Of a DNA stretch of 64,000 bases, positions 1-11,485 are shown piece after piece. How positions within the stretch are numbered: the first letter of the stretch is position 1; every line of letters begins with the position of its first letter. The translations under genes and the position numbers were made by a program. The notes beneath the pieces are model-generated. The model saw nothing but the letters and a program-made list of their open reading frames with translations. It did not search any database and had not been told where the DNA came from. The stretch lies in NCBI GenBank assembly GCA_965229675.1, contig OZ245897.1:1274699-1338698 (forward strand). Direction: 5' to 3'. Origin of the DNA: Alphaproteobacteria bacterium (lineage in GTDB: Bacteria > Pseudomonadota > Alphaproteobacteria > CBDDJK01).

Positions 1-326
1 CAAATGGTGGCGGCAACCCATAACAAAATAAAAAAAGCAGATAAACAATTAAACAGCTTTTTCATCCATATGGGGACAATATCGTATAATAGAAATATAC
101 GAATATGGCTACGCTGTTGCATAGCATAAATACCAGCCAACAAATAAACCCAACCGCCCATCCAAAGGCTCATTTCATTCACCCAAATGGTTGGCTTTTC
201 TAGGACATATCGCATAAAAACTTCAAACATCATAATCGCAACAATAACGGCCACTAATATCATAGCAACACGGCTTAATCGCCATGTTATAGCATCAAGC
301 CATCCTGTTCGTTTATATTCTTTCAT
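1..326 (-). CDS. dctQ: TRAP transporter small permease (DctQ), runs off the window edge
   Basis: Manual translation from ATG at 326: MKEYKRTGWLDAITWRLSRVAMILVAVIVAIMMFEVFMRYVLEKPTIWVNEMS...QRSHIRI; DctQ motifs; downstream of dctP. Confidence 0.85.
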   Translation of the reverse strand, partial: MKEYKRTGWLDAITWRLSRVAMILVAVIVAIMMFEVFMRYVLEKPTIWVNEMSLWMGGWVYLLAGIYAMQQRSHIRIFLLYDIVPIWMKKLFNCLSAFFILLWVAATI

Positions 327-349
327 GGGATATGTTTAAAATTGTTAAG

Positions 350-385
350 AAGAAAGGGCAAACTTTAAAAAATTTGCCCTTTCTT
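350..385 (-). terminator. Hairpin between dctP and dctQ (partial terminator or mRNA stabiliser)
   Basis: AAGAAAGGGCAAA (350-362) / TTTGCCCTTTCTT (373-385), perfect 13-bp stem. Confidence 0.6.
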
Positions 386-409
386 ACAATTTTACTTATT
401 TTAATTTAC

Positions 410-1438
410 TTATTTCAAAGCCCCAAGTTTTGTTAAAAAGTCAATGTGACTTTGCAACAATTCTTTAGCTTCAGGCGTTTGATTAGCAAATTCTTGCCAA
501 CCTGCTTTCACAGCCACACGGAATTTTGCTAATTCTTCAGGTGACCATTGATAAAGATTAACGCCTTGTTCGGTTAATTCTTTTGCAGTTTGTGCATTCT
601 TTACTTCGTTGATCGTTGCATTGCGAAGTGCCAAAGCTTCCATTCCCACACGCAAAATAGCTTGGTGGTTTTTAGGAATATTATCCCACACTTTTTTGTT
701 ACATGCTAAATGATCAGCAGGCATTGAATGGAAGCCAGGATAATTAGTATGTTTACCAATTTCATATAATCCCAACCCAACATTATTTGTTAAGTTTGCG
801 GCATCGGCACCATCAATAATCCCTGTTTCTAAAGCGGTAAAGATTTCATTAAAATCCATCACAATAGGGGAGGCTCCTAATTCAGAAAATACTAAAGTAG
901 CAAGCCCTGGAGGTGAACGAAATTTCCAATCTTTAAAATCGGCTACATTGCGAATAGGCCTTGTTGATGTCAGGGATTCTGGTCCTGGGATCCACCAACC
1001 AACAAACTCCATATCATATTTATTATATAATTTGTTTAAAGCATCACGGCCACCACCATGAAGCATCCATGACATTTGCTGATAAGGATTGGCATATCCT
1101 CCAAGCAAATCACCCGTAAATTGGAACGCTGCATTTTTACCTGTTTGGTATGCACCACCTGTCATATCGCAATCAAGAATGCCATTTACCGCAGCATCAA
1201 ATGTTTCAACAGATTTTACCACTGATGATGCATAAAACATTTCAATTTGGATTTCACCATTTGACATTTCTGTTACATCTTCAATAAATTCAGCTGCCAT
1301 TTGCCCTGATAAAGTCTCAGGTGAAAAATGTGTTTGAATCCGTAATTTTGTTGTATTTGCATAAGCTACACTTGTCATTAAACCTAATGCAGCAGCTGAT
1401 AATGCAACGCCTTTTAATGTGTTTTTCAAAGCTTTCAT
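410..1438 (-). CDS. dctP: TRAP transporter substrate-binding protein (DctP family)
   Basis: Signal peptide, MSNGEIQIEMF, KFRSPPG, ALETGIIDG motifs; followed by dctQ. Confidence 0.9.
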   Translation of the reverse strand: MKALKNTLKGVALSAAALGLMTSVAYANTTKLRIQTHFSPETLSGQMAAEFIEDVTEMSNGEIQIEMFYASSVVKSVETFDAAVNGILDCDMTGGAYQTGKNAAFQFTGDLLGGYANPYQQMSWMLHGGGRDALNKLYNKYDMEFVGWWIPGPESLTSTRPIRNVADFKDWKFRSPPGLATLVFSELGASPIVMDFNEIFTALETGIIDGADAANLTNNVGLGLYEIGKHTNYPGFHSMPADHLACNKKVWDNIPKNHQAILRVGMEALALRNATINEVKNAQTAKELTEQGVNLYQWSPEELAKFRVAVKAGWQEFANQTPEAKELLQSHIDFLTKLGALK

Positions 1439-1768
1439 AGATATCCTCCTAAAATAATCGAAATTATAATTTATTAAAATTGCTTTAAGTCTTAATAAAT
1501 CTAATACACTAAGAAATGAGAAAACGCTCTCCTCTCTTAATTATTTGTATAACACATAAAAAAAATATGCAATACTTATAAATTTGATGGTGCCATTAGC
1601 TTTGTGAAGCCACTAAAGAGGGTGTGTTTTATTTAAAATTTTGTTCGAAAATTGCTGGCAATGAGCGCATTTTTCATTCAACAGGCATTATTTTTGATCA
1701 ACTGCTTACTATATGCTTACTGATAAAAAATTAAGAATTATAAAATCTTTCTAAGTCGTTGTTTTTAT

Positions 1769-1844
1769 TGGTGCCGGATGAGGGACTTGAACCCCCGACC
1801 TTCGGTTTACAAAACCGCTGCTCTACCAACTGAGCTAATCCGGC
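1769..1844 (-). tRNA. tRNA-Thr (TGT), CCA encoded
   Basis: Reverse complement GCCGGATTAGCTCAGTTGGTAGAGCAGCGGTTTTGTAAACCGAAGGTCGGGGGTTCAAGTCCCTCATCCGGCACCA folds as a cloverleaf; anticodon loop TTTGTAA. Confidence 0.97.
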
Positions 1845-1906
1845 GCGCCGTTATTTGGATTTTCCAGCACTTAATAAAGCTAGCATACCAACGGAGCAAA
1901 AAATAA

Positions 1907-2326
1907 TTAGTGATATTGAGGATTACGAACGGCCTCAAGCTGTGCTTTTGCAAGCGCATGATTACGGCTTGCTGCATTTTTTACCGTTTCATCATTTGAA
2001 GTTGCCGCTGTTTCAGCTAAATCGGTGATCTGCTGTTCAAGTTGCGCACCATCTAAACCAGAAACATCACAAGAGGTTTCAGCAAGAATGGTGCATCCTT
2101 CTCGATTCACTTCAACAAACCCATCGCCGACAAATAAACGTTCGATCACTTTACCATCTTCAAAGATGCACACAACCCCAGGACGCAAGGCACTCATTAA
2201 CGGGGCATGATTCGGCAGAACACCAAAATCACCGTCTGAACCTGGAACAACAACCATATCAACTTGTCTCTCCCGCTCTAAACGTTCGGGAGAGACAATG
2301 ACCAATGCTAATTTTTCTGCTGCCAT
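1907..2326 (-). CDS. atpC: ATP synthase F1 epsilon subunit
   Basis: IVSPER, GDFGVLPNHAP motifs; last gene of atp operon. Confidence 0.95.
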   Translation of the reverse strand: MAAEKLALVIVSPERLERERQVDMVVVPGSDGDFGVLPNHAPLMSALRPGVVCIFEDGKVIERLFVGDGFVEVNREGCTILAETSCDVSGLDGAQLEQQITDLAETAATSNDETVKNAASRNHALAKAQLEAVRNPQYH

Positions 2327-2360
2327 TCTTGTTCCTAACCTTTTTTAATTAGCAATGAAC

Positions 2361-3794
<1,434 letters not shown>

Positions 3795-3825
3795 TCACAA
3801 CTCCTGTCATTATATGGTTATTACG

Positions 3826-4716
3826 CTAAAGGGCTTCGGCGCCCGAAATAATTTCAATTAATTCTTTTGTGACTTGTGCCTGCCGCATCCGATTATATTG
3901 GATGGTAAGGCGGTTAATCATATCACCAGCATTGCGCGTTGCATTATCCATCGCAGTCATCCTTGCCCCTTGTTCAGAAGCAAAAGATTCCAACATCGCA
4001 CGGAAAATCTGAACCCCAACATTCTTTGGTAAAAGATTATTTAAGATTGTTTCTTCGTCAGGTTCAAATTCATAGATAGCTCCCCCTAATTTATCTGATC
4101 CTGCATCCGTTCCTTCATCACTTTGTTCAGGAACAAATGGAATAAGCTGTAAGGGGGTTACCTCTTGTGCAAGCGCAGAAACAAAGCGATTATAAAATAA
4201 GGTGCAAACATCAAATTCACCCTGATTAAACGCATCCAATATCCGTGTACGAACAACTGCCGCATGCTCAAAAGCAGGTGATGGTTTTAATAAATCTTCA
4301 TAATAATCAACGATCAATTCAGGATAAAACCGTTTTAAAAGGCCGTGGCCTTTACGCCCAATCACCAATAATTTAACGGTTTTGCCATCTTGAATTAACT
4401 TTTCAACATGCTGACGAACACCGCGTACCAATCCGCCATTTAGACCACCACACAACCCACGATCAGACGTTACCGCAACAATCAAATGGGTATCTTGTTT
4501 GCCAGTTCCAACCAAAAGCGGAGAGCCACCTGCTTGCGCACCGCCAGCCAATGCCCCCAACATGCTATTCATATGTTCAGAATAAGGCCGTGCGCTATCC
4601 GCAGCCTCTTGTGCTTTACGCAATTTGGCCGCCGCCACCATCTTCATAGCAGAAGTAATACGCCGCGTTGATTGAACGCTGGTGATTCGGTTTTTAAGGT
4701 CTTTAAGGCTAGGCAT
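3826..4716 (-). CDS. atpG: ATP synthase F1 gamma subunit
   Basis: [31 protein letters not shown]. Confidence 0.98.
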   Translation of the reverse strand: MPSLKDLKNRITSVQSTRRITSAMKMVAAAKLRKAQEAADSARPYSEHMNSMLGALAGGAQAGGSPLLVGTGKQDTHLIVAVTSDRGLCGGLNGGLVRGVRQHVEKLIQDGKTVKLLVIGRKGHGLLKRFYPELIVDYYEDLLKPSPAFEHAAVVRTRILDAFNQGEFDVCTLFYNRFVSALAQEVTPLQLIPFVPEQSDEGTDAGSDKLGGAIYEFEPDEETILNNLLPKNVGVQIFRAMLESFASEQGARMTAMDNATRNAGDMINRLTIQYNRMRQAQVTKELIEIISGAEAL

Positions 4717-4739
4717 AGCGTTTTCGTTAGATTTTCTGA

Positions 4740-6269
4740 TTAAGCAAAGTTAGCACTAAAGCTTTCAAGCAAAGATTTCAGCTCATCTTCAGCCGCATCA
4801 TCCATTACGCCAGTCTTATTTAACTGATCAACCAGTTTTTTATGCTTGCTTGCAAGTAGTTCAAGCAATTGACGTTCATAACGATTAACATCTTTTATTG
4901 CCACTTGATCCAGATAGCCTTTTGTCCCCGCATAAATGACCGCAACCTGCTCAGCAACCGTTAAAGGTTGATATTGTGGTTGTTTTAATAATTCAGTCAA
5001 ACGCGCTCCCCGTGCCAGCAATCTTTGGGTTGCCGCATCAAGATCAGACGCAAACTGGGCAAAAGCTTCCATTTCACGATATTGTGCCAATTCCAACTTA
5101 ATAGAACCTGCCACCTTTTTCATCGCTTTGGTTTGCGCAGAAGACCCAACACGTGATACAGACAACCCAACATTAATGGCTGGACGAACCCCCTTATAAA
5201 ACAGATTAGTTTCAAGGAAAATCTGACCATCCGTAATTGAAATCACGTTTGTTGGGATGTAGGCCGAAACATCATTGGCTTGCGTTTCAATCACAGGCAG
5301 AGCTGTCAAGGAACCAGAACCATTATCTTCATTTAGCTTAGCAGCACGCTCCAACAAGCGCGAATGAATATAGAACACATCCCCAGGATAAGCCTCCCGT
5401 CCAGGTGGGCGTCTTAACAGCAAGGACATTTGACGATATGCAACCGCCTGCTTTGATAAATCATCATAAATAATCAAAGCATGCATTCCATTATCGCGGA
5501 AATATTCACCAATCGCACAACCCGTATAAGGGGCAAGGAACTGCATAGGCGCGGGATCAGAAGCCGTTGCAGCAACCACAACGGTATAATCCATTGCGCC
5601 ATGATCGTTTAAGGTTTTTACCACTTGCGCAACGGTCGAGCGTTTTTGACCAATTGCAACATAAACACAATAAAGTTTTTTGCTTTCATCATTGCCCGCA
5701 TTGACGGATTTTTGATTGATAATGGCATCCAACGCAACCGCAGTTTTACCCGTTTGACGGTCACCAATAATCAATTCACGCTGACCACGCCCAATTGGCA
5801 CCAACGCATCCAATGATTTAAGCCCTGTTTGCACAGGCTCATGCACAGATTTACGCGGAATAATGCCAGGGGCTTTTAATTCAACCAAACGGCGTTCAGC
5901 CGCATCAATTTCGCCTTTACCATCAATCGGGTTCCCAAGCGCGTCAACAACCCGTCCCAGCAAACCTTTGCCGACGGGCGCATCCACAATCGCACCTGTA
6001 CGCTTAACGGTGTCGCCTTCTTTAATATCACGGTCATCACCAAAAATCACAACCCCAACATTATCACTTTCAAGGTTTAAGGCCATTCCTTTAATGCCGC
6101 CTGGAAATTCAACCATTTCCCCTGCTTGCACATTATCAAGCCCATAGACGCGAGCCACCCCGTCCCCGACGGAGAGAACTTGCCCAACTTCGGCAATCTT
6201 TGATTGTTTATCAAGACCCGCAATCTGTTCTTTTAAAACAGAAGAAATTTCTGCGGCTTTAAGTTCCAT
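4740..6269 (-). CDS. atpA: ATP synthase F1 alpha subunit
   Basis: [21 protein letters not shown]. Confidence 0.99.
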   Translation of the reverse strand: MELKAAEISSVLKEQIAGLDKQSKIAEVGQVLSVGDGVARVYGLDNVQAGEMVEFPGGIKGMALNLESDNVGVVIFGDDRDIKEGDTVKRTGAIVDAPVGKGLLGRVVDALGNPIDGKGEIDAAERRLVELKAPGIIPRKSVHEPVQTGLKSLDALVPIGRGQRELIIGDRQTGKTAVALDAIINQKSVNAGNDESKKLYCVYVAIGQKRSTVAQVVKTLNDHGAMDYTVVVAATASDPAPMQFLAPYTGCAIGEYFRDNGMHALIIYDDLSKQAVAYRQMSLLLRRPPGREAYPGDVFYIHSRLLERAAKLNEDNGSGSLTALPVIETQANDVSAYIPTNVISITDGQIFLETNLFYKGVRPAINVGLSVSRVGSSAQTKAMKKVAGSIKLELAQYREMEAFAQFASDLDAATQRLLARGARLTELLKQPQYQPLTVAEQVAVIYAGTKGYLDQVAIKDVNRYERQLLELLASKHKKLVDQLNKTGVMDDAAEDELKSLLESFSANFA

Positions 6270-6272
6270 TGC

Positions 6273-6827
6273 TTACGCTCCCTTCATGGCCAGACGATAT
6301 CGCTCAAGCGTTGACTTAAGCGAAGCGTCCAGCATTTTGCTACCAATTTGCACAACCATCCCGCCAAGCAGACTAGGATCTTCATGCAATTCCGTTTTAA
6401 AATTCTTCCCAACTGCCTCTTTCAAAATTTTATCAAGCGCAGTCTTTCCAGCTTTATCCAACGGTCGTGCCACCCAAACCTGAACCGAAACCTCACCGCG
6501 TTTGGCGGCCAGCAGACGATTAAATGCCCTAACAACCGTTACCAATAAAGGCAATCTTTTATTATCACTCAAGGTTTTAACAAATTGTAGAACCATATCA
6601 TCCGCAGAAAGCTTACCAAGCAACGCATTCAGCACGCCAAGTTTTTTTGCTTCGGGAATCAACGGGCTATTGATCACTTGATTTAATTCAACATGGGACT
6701 GCATCGCATCTGTTAAAGAATCAAGCGTTGCTTTAAAATGATCCAATTGTGTATCATTCTTGCCTAATCCAAGCAACGCAAGCGCATAGCGTTCAGCAAT
6801 TTGAATAGAATTAGCTTTTCCTGCCAC
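6273..6827 (-). CDS. atpH: ATP synthase F1 delta subunit
   Basis: AERYALAL N-terminus, DPSLLGGMVVQIGSKMLDAS; first gene of operon. Confidence 0.95.
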   Translation of the reverse strand: MAGKANSIQIAERYALALLGLGKNDTQLDHFKATLDSLTDAMQSHVELNQVINSPLIPEAKKLGVLNALLGKLSADDMVLQFVKTLSDNKRLPLLVTVVRAFNRLLAAKRGEVSVQVWVARPLDKAGKTALDKILKEAVGKNFKTELHEDPSLLGGMVVQIGSKMLDASLKSTLERYRLAMKGA

Positions 6828-7082
6828 TTAATTTTCCTTACTAAATATAACCCACCGAATTAATCAATAGTGCCTTTAGCATAGCCAACCCACCCTTGCA
6901 ATGCCAATTAGTCATAAAAACAGGTTCAGATTGTCGCGGCTATTTAGGGTGCTGGAGCGTATCTATCCCGCTATGATCAAAAAGATTTTGTTCCTTAAAT
7001 ATTCATTTTGGTAATAAGCCAAAAAAATATGCATTAGCTGTTTCGCAAATTCGTGCCGACCATCAAATGGCATTGCGCACTA

Positions 7083-7971
7083 TAGCGAATAGCATATAAA
7101 TTTTAGGGTCATGACTTATTGCTTAGATTTTAGGAAACATGTATTGTCTTATAAAGCCTGTCACGGTCTAATCTTTGAGGCGACGGTAGCTCATTTTTGT
7201 ATTAGTAAATCCAGTTTAGTTCGTTGGTCACATCGTCTTTCCCTCAAGACAAGGAGGAATAAGAGAAGCGTTAAAATTGATATGGATTTACTAAGAGATG
7301 ACGTTGTTCGTTACCCTGATGCTTACTTGCATGAGCGTGCGTCAAGACAAGGCGTTAGCATTCGTGGTATCACACACGCATTAAAGCGTTTAGGGTTTAG
7401 CTATAAAAAAAACATATCACCCCAAAGCAGACGCACAAAAGCGTATTTTATTCAAACATAAGCTTAATGCTTACATAGATAATCAGCATCCGATTGTTTA
7501 TATTGACGAAAGCGGATTTGCCCAAGATATGATACTAAGGATATGCCAAGAACGCATGGCTATAGTGAAATTGGCACAAGATGTTATGGTAAAAAAGATT
7601 GGCATGCAAAAGGACGCATTAATGTAATTGGTGCCTTATTGGGGGCAAGCTTGCTATGCACCTGCATGTTTGAAACAAATATCAATGTAGCCATATTCCA
7701 TCAATGGGTGGTTCAAGAATTGATCCCAAGAACCAAAGCTGGAACGGTTATTGTCATGGACAATGTAACCTTCCATAAAAGGCAAGATACCCAACAAGCA
7801 ATTAAAGACGCAAAGTTAATTCTTGAATATTTACCCTCATATTCTCCAGATTTAAATCCAATAGAGCATAAATGGGTGCAGGCTAAAGCAATAGGAAGAA
7901 AAACACAAAAAACTGTAGAACAGGTCTTGCAAATCCAAAATTTATAGACTCATTTTATATGCCATTGGCTA
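7083..7971 (+). mobile_element. IS630-family insertion sequence
   Basis: Terminal IRs TAGCGAATAGCATATAAA (7083-7100) vs reverse complement of 7954-7971 TAGCCAATGGCATATAAA (16/18); TA flanks at 7081-7082 and 7972-7973; IS630 motifs YIDESGF, VMDN, YSPDLNPIE. Confidence 0.9.
7111..7947 (+). pseudogene. IS630 transposase, split by frame change at A8 (7405-7412) and a 14-bp insertion (~7532-7545)
   Basis: HTH ORF 7111-7461; middle segment HPKAD...IVYIDESGFAQDM in another frame; DDE C-terminus 7543-7947 in a third frame. Confidence 0.8.
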
Positions 7972-8000
7972 TATTTTTCAACTAATAAAAATTTTAAATT

Positions 8001-8420
8001 CTACAAAACACGCGATAAATAATGAGTTAGAAGAAAGCTTACCGACGCTGTAATTAAAATTATAAGAGTTACTATTATTTGTTCTTTGCAAGCTCTTGGG
8101 AACTTTGGAGGGGGAACATCTGGATCATCAATGATTTTTGTTTCTGCTTTCCTAAAACCGTACCAAGAAAACCAATTAGACCAGATAATAAATAACGTAC
8201 TAATCGCTATGAAAGAAATTAAATAAGGTAAAACTAGCACAGTAAACTCTTTAAATTCAATTTTAATATTGTCTTGAGATACCAAGAAAAAAAAGCCCCC
8301 TACAATTGAAGTCATTAAGCTAATAAACCTAATAAAGGCAGCAATCATTTTATCATTATGATATCTAACCATTTCTGTAACATGGAAATATCTATTCTGA
8401 TTAATATCTTTATCACTCAT
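8001..8420 (-). CDS. Hypothetical small membrane protein (about 3 TM), AT-rich
   Basis: 139-aa ORF with three hydrophobic stretches; no recognised family. Confidence 0.65.
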   Translation of the reverse strand: MSDKDINQNRYFHVTEMVRYHNDKMIAAFIRFISLMTSIVGGFFFLVSQDNIKIEFKEFTVLVLPYLISFIAISTLFIIWSNWFSWYGFRKAETKIIDDPDVPPPKFPRACKEQIIVTLIILITASVSFLLTHYLSRVL

Positions 8421-8502
8421 TAGCTATTATTTCTCTGTCTATAAATATCTTATATTTCTTGTTAATTTAACGTTTTCTTTCTTGTTTGCAGTTTTGGGTA
8501 GG

Positions 8503-9153
8503 TTAATCAAGCCCTAACCCACCTTCAAATTGGTAGGTTGCGGTGGCTGATAAGATATGCGCAGTAAAATTATCGTAAGCATAAGTGGTTGAACCTTCAC
8601 TGCCAGAACTGCCATCTGCAAAGATATAGCTGTATTTACCGCCGACTAACAAATTCTCTCCAACAGGCATTTCTGCGCCTGCATGACCTGCGATTCCAAA
8701 TTTCATCGCATCATCTTCAAAATCAACCAATAATAGCCCGCCACCAACATAAGGATGAATGCCATCTTCATCGCGCGCTTTATCGCCAATAAAATAATAA
8801 CCATTAACGCTATAGATTGTTGTTGCTTTTTCACTGCCATCATCAAGGGTAATATCCATGGCTTGATAGCCTGCACCCAAGCGAATTTTTTGATCTACGC
8901 CAAGGTGATCTTGACCCACTTCAATGCCCATTACAGTTGGGTCTTCATCAATTCCTTTTGTTACTGAGCTACCATTCTCAGTTCCCTCAAAATCAGATAC
9001 CATGCCATAGCCATAAGCTCCTTGTAAGTACATTTCCGCTTTAGAAGAGTGAGCGATAAGAAATAACCCAGCCGTCATAGCAACAAGAACCCCTGAAGCT
9101 TTCATGAAACTGGTAATTGTTTTATATTTTGTAAGTGTCTTATCTTGTAACAT
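8503..9153 (-). CDS. Outer-membrane beta-barrel protein (OmpA-like/opacity-type 8-strand barrel)
   Basis: Signal peptide, HPYVGGG, alternating beta strands, ATYQF near the C-terminus. Confidence 0.75.
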   Translation of the reverse strand: MLQDKTLTKYKTITSFMKASGVLVAMTAGLFLIAHSSKAEMYLQGAYGYGMVSDFEGTENGSSVTKGIDEDPTVMGIEVGQDHLGVDQKIRLGAGYQAMDITLDDGSEKATTIYSVNGYYFIGDKARDEDGIHPYVGGGLLLVDFEDDAMKFGIAGHAGAEMPVGENLLVGGKYSYIFADGSSGSEGSTTYAYDNFTAHILSATATYQFEGGLGLD

Positions 9154-9249
9154 GAGCCAAAATCCAATGATATATAGTTCAATAAAACATAATATTTGTT
9201 AAGTTTATGCTTCATGTTTACTGCGTATTCGTGCTTATGTCAATGGTTT

Positions 9250-10689
9250 TTATTTATTTATATCTACAAATACTTTTCGTTTTATTTGATTGTCTTTTAG
9301 AAAACGTTTTAAATCTTGATGAATTTTGGCAACAACCTGCTTCCAATCGCCTAGGGTAGGTTGACGGTAAAGCTTTAAAGAAGGATACCATGGGGTATCT
9401 TCACGCTCCAGCTGCCACCGCCAATCAGGTTTATAGGCCAAAAGCCCCCAAACAGGAAGATTAAGATTCGCCGAAATATGTAATAGCCCCGTATCAACTG
9501 TGATGACAAGATCACAAAAGGTAAGAATTGCAGCAGCATCGGTAAAATCATGCAATCGATCTGGTAATATATATAGATTGTCACGGGATTGCGCGAAATC
9601 ATAATCAGATTGTCGCAAATCAGGCTGGATTAATAAAAATGCGGCATCTTCATCAAACAATGGTGCCATTACTTCAAGAGAAGCAGAACGCGCCCGATCA
9701 TTTGGATGGCCTGGATTACCTGTTGGTATAATGGCAATGCGCTTTTTATGTTGTGCCTTCCCCAACAAATCATTTATTTTTTCTTTCCATTTGGTGATAA
9801 AAGCCTCTGGTGATTTGATTGGATAAGGAGGGGGGATATCTTTTTCTTGCTCGATTCCAAATGCTACTGGCAAAGACCCTACTGGACAATAATAATCAAT
9901 ATTTTTAAACTGTTTGGGCTTGAGTAATACCTCGTCAATTATATCTGCATGCTGAAAATAGCTGCAAAGTCCAGAAAATCCACCATAAAATCCAAAAATC
10001 AAATGCGCTCCCATCTGTTTTAACTTAGGTAAGTAGCGTACAAATTGAACGGTATCGCCTACGCCTTGCTCATTCATCAATAAAATTTGCTTACCCTTAA
10101 TATCCGAAATATCACTTAAAATAGGAATATTCTTTTGATCCAATTGCCGTTTTACTTCCAACGTTGGGCTTAGTTGCATCATAGAATTATGCCAACGAAA
10201 TTCAAATTGTTGAAACCCTGTTTTAAGATCTCCTAGTAATAAACGCAGGATTGAACTATTAAACTTTATCACCCCATCATTAGGGGATAGGGAAAGTGCC
10301 TTATCATAAATCGCACATGCTGCCATATGATATCCTTTTTCCACAAGCGTAAGCGCATATTTCCCCCAAACATCCCCTTCCATAGGGTAGGTGCGTAAAT
10401 AAATCTCATAATCACGCAAGCTATCATCCAATCGTCGCATTTCATAATATAAATAACCACGATTTTTATAGGCACTTAAAAAATCAGGATTTAATTTAAG
10501 CGCATGATTGACCGCCTGTTCAGAAGCCTCATACTCCTTAAGCTGTCCAAGTACGGTTGAAAGATTATTATATCCTTTATAATCCTCTGGATTTTGCTCA
10601 ACCCAAGCTTGAAGGATCGTTTTAAGTTCAGGGTAACGTTTTTGGCGTTCTAAGGTTTTAATATCATAGGTTTTTGTAACCATTAGCAA
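9250..10689 (-). CDS. TPR-repeat protein with glycosyltransferase family 9-like C-terminal domain
   Basis: N-terminal TPRs; EQGVGDTVQFVRY, DLVITVDT, DWRW...PWYPS motifs. Confidence 0.85.
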   Translation of the reverse strand: MLMVTKTYDIKTLERQKRYPELKTILQAWVEQNPEDYKGYNNLSTVLGQLKEYEASEQAVNHALKLNPDFLSAYKNRGYLYYEMRRLDDSLRDYEIYLRTYPMEGDVWGKYALTLVEKGYHMAACAIYDKALSLSPNDGVIKFNSSILRLLLGDLKTGFQQFEFRWHNSMMQLSPTLEVKRQLDQKNIPILSDISDIKGKQILLMNEQGVGDTVQFVRYLPKLKQMGAHLIFGFYGGFSGLCSYFQHADIIDEVLLKPKQFKNIDYYCPVGSLPVAFGIEQEKDIPPPYPIKSPEAFITKWKEKINDLLGKAQHKKRIAIIPTGNPGHPNDRARSASLEVMAPLFDEDAAFLLIQPDLRQSDYDFAQSRDNLYILPDRLHDFTDAAAILTFCDLVITVDTGLLHISANLNLPVWGLLAYKPDWRWQLEREDTPWYPSLKLYRQPTLGDWKQVVAKIHQDLKRFLKDNQIKRKVFVDINK

Positions 10690-11479
10690 TCCCTATTGCA
10701 TGTGGGGTAAATTGTTGTTCGAATAGTGGCGTGTAAGAAAGCTCCATATCAGCACACAGAATTGACAATAAATCCAGCTGATCAAGCAAATGAAGGGCGC
10801 GTTGCACTGCTTCTGGGCAATTTAAGTCAAAAAATCGTTGCCATTCTTGAACCCTTAATCTTTTTGGTAATTGATGCAAGCCATGGTTAAGGCACTCATG
10901 TGACTTGAAAATCAAAGGGGAGTGACAATCAAACTTTGCGTGAAAACGGATATAACGTAACAGGCGTAACCAATCTTCTTTTATGCGTTGTTGCGGATTG
11001 CCAATAAAATGAATTTCTTTATTCTTTATTGCCTCAATTCCATGATGGAAATCGTCTATTAAGCCATTAACATCGGCATAAAGGGCGTTAAATGTAAAAT
11101 CACGACGCATAGAATCTGTTTGCCAATCGGCATAATCGGACGGTGTAAAATCAACCTTTGCGGCGCGACCAAAACAAGCAATATCCTGCCGTAAGCTGGT
11201 AAGGTCATAGCGATAATGCTGACCTTGCACACGCAAAACGCCATAATTAAAATTAAAGGAAGTTACCTTGAAACGATGATCAGATAAGGCTTTGACCATT
11301 GCATCGGGGCGCATCGCAACCGCAATATCTATATCAGGCTTGGCGGATTCCAAGCCCATTAATTGATCCCGAATAACACCGCCCAACAATCGCGCTTTTT
11401 GCCCTGCACCAAAATAATGTAGCAATCGTTGAACTTCTTCAGCATGATCACCAAAGGCCTGATTAAAATTAAATTGCAT
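10664..11479 (-). CDS. cca: CCA-adding tRNA nucleotidyltransferase family protein (short)
   Basis: GGVIRD..DIDI (motif A), RRDFTFNAL (motif B), EDWLRLLR (motif D). Confidence 0.8.
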   Translation of the reverse strand: MQFNFNQAFGDHAEEVQRLLHYFGAGQKARLLGGVIRDQLMGLESAKPDIDIAVAMRPDAMVKALSDHRFKVTSFNFNYGVLRVQGQHYRYDLTSLRQDIACFGRAAKVDFTPSDYADWQTDSMRRDFTFNALYADVNGLIDDFHHGIEAIKNKEIHFIGNPQQRIKEDWLRLLRYIRFHAKFDCHSPLIFKSHECLNHGLHQLPKRLRVQEWQRFFDLNCPEAVQRALHLLDQLDLLSILCADMELSYTPLFEQQFTPHAIGIANGYKNL

Positions 11480-11485
11480 AGTAAG

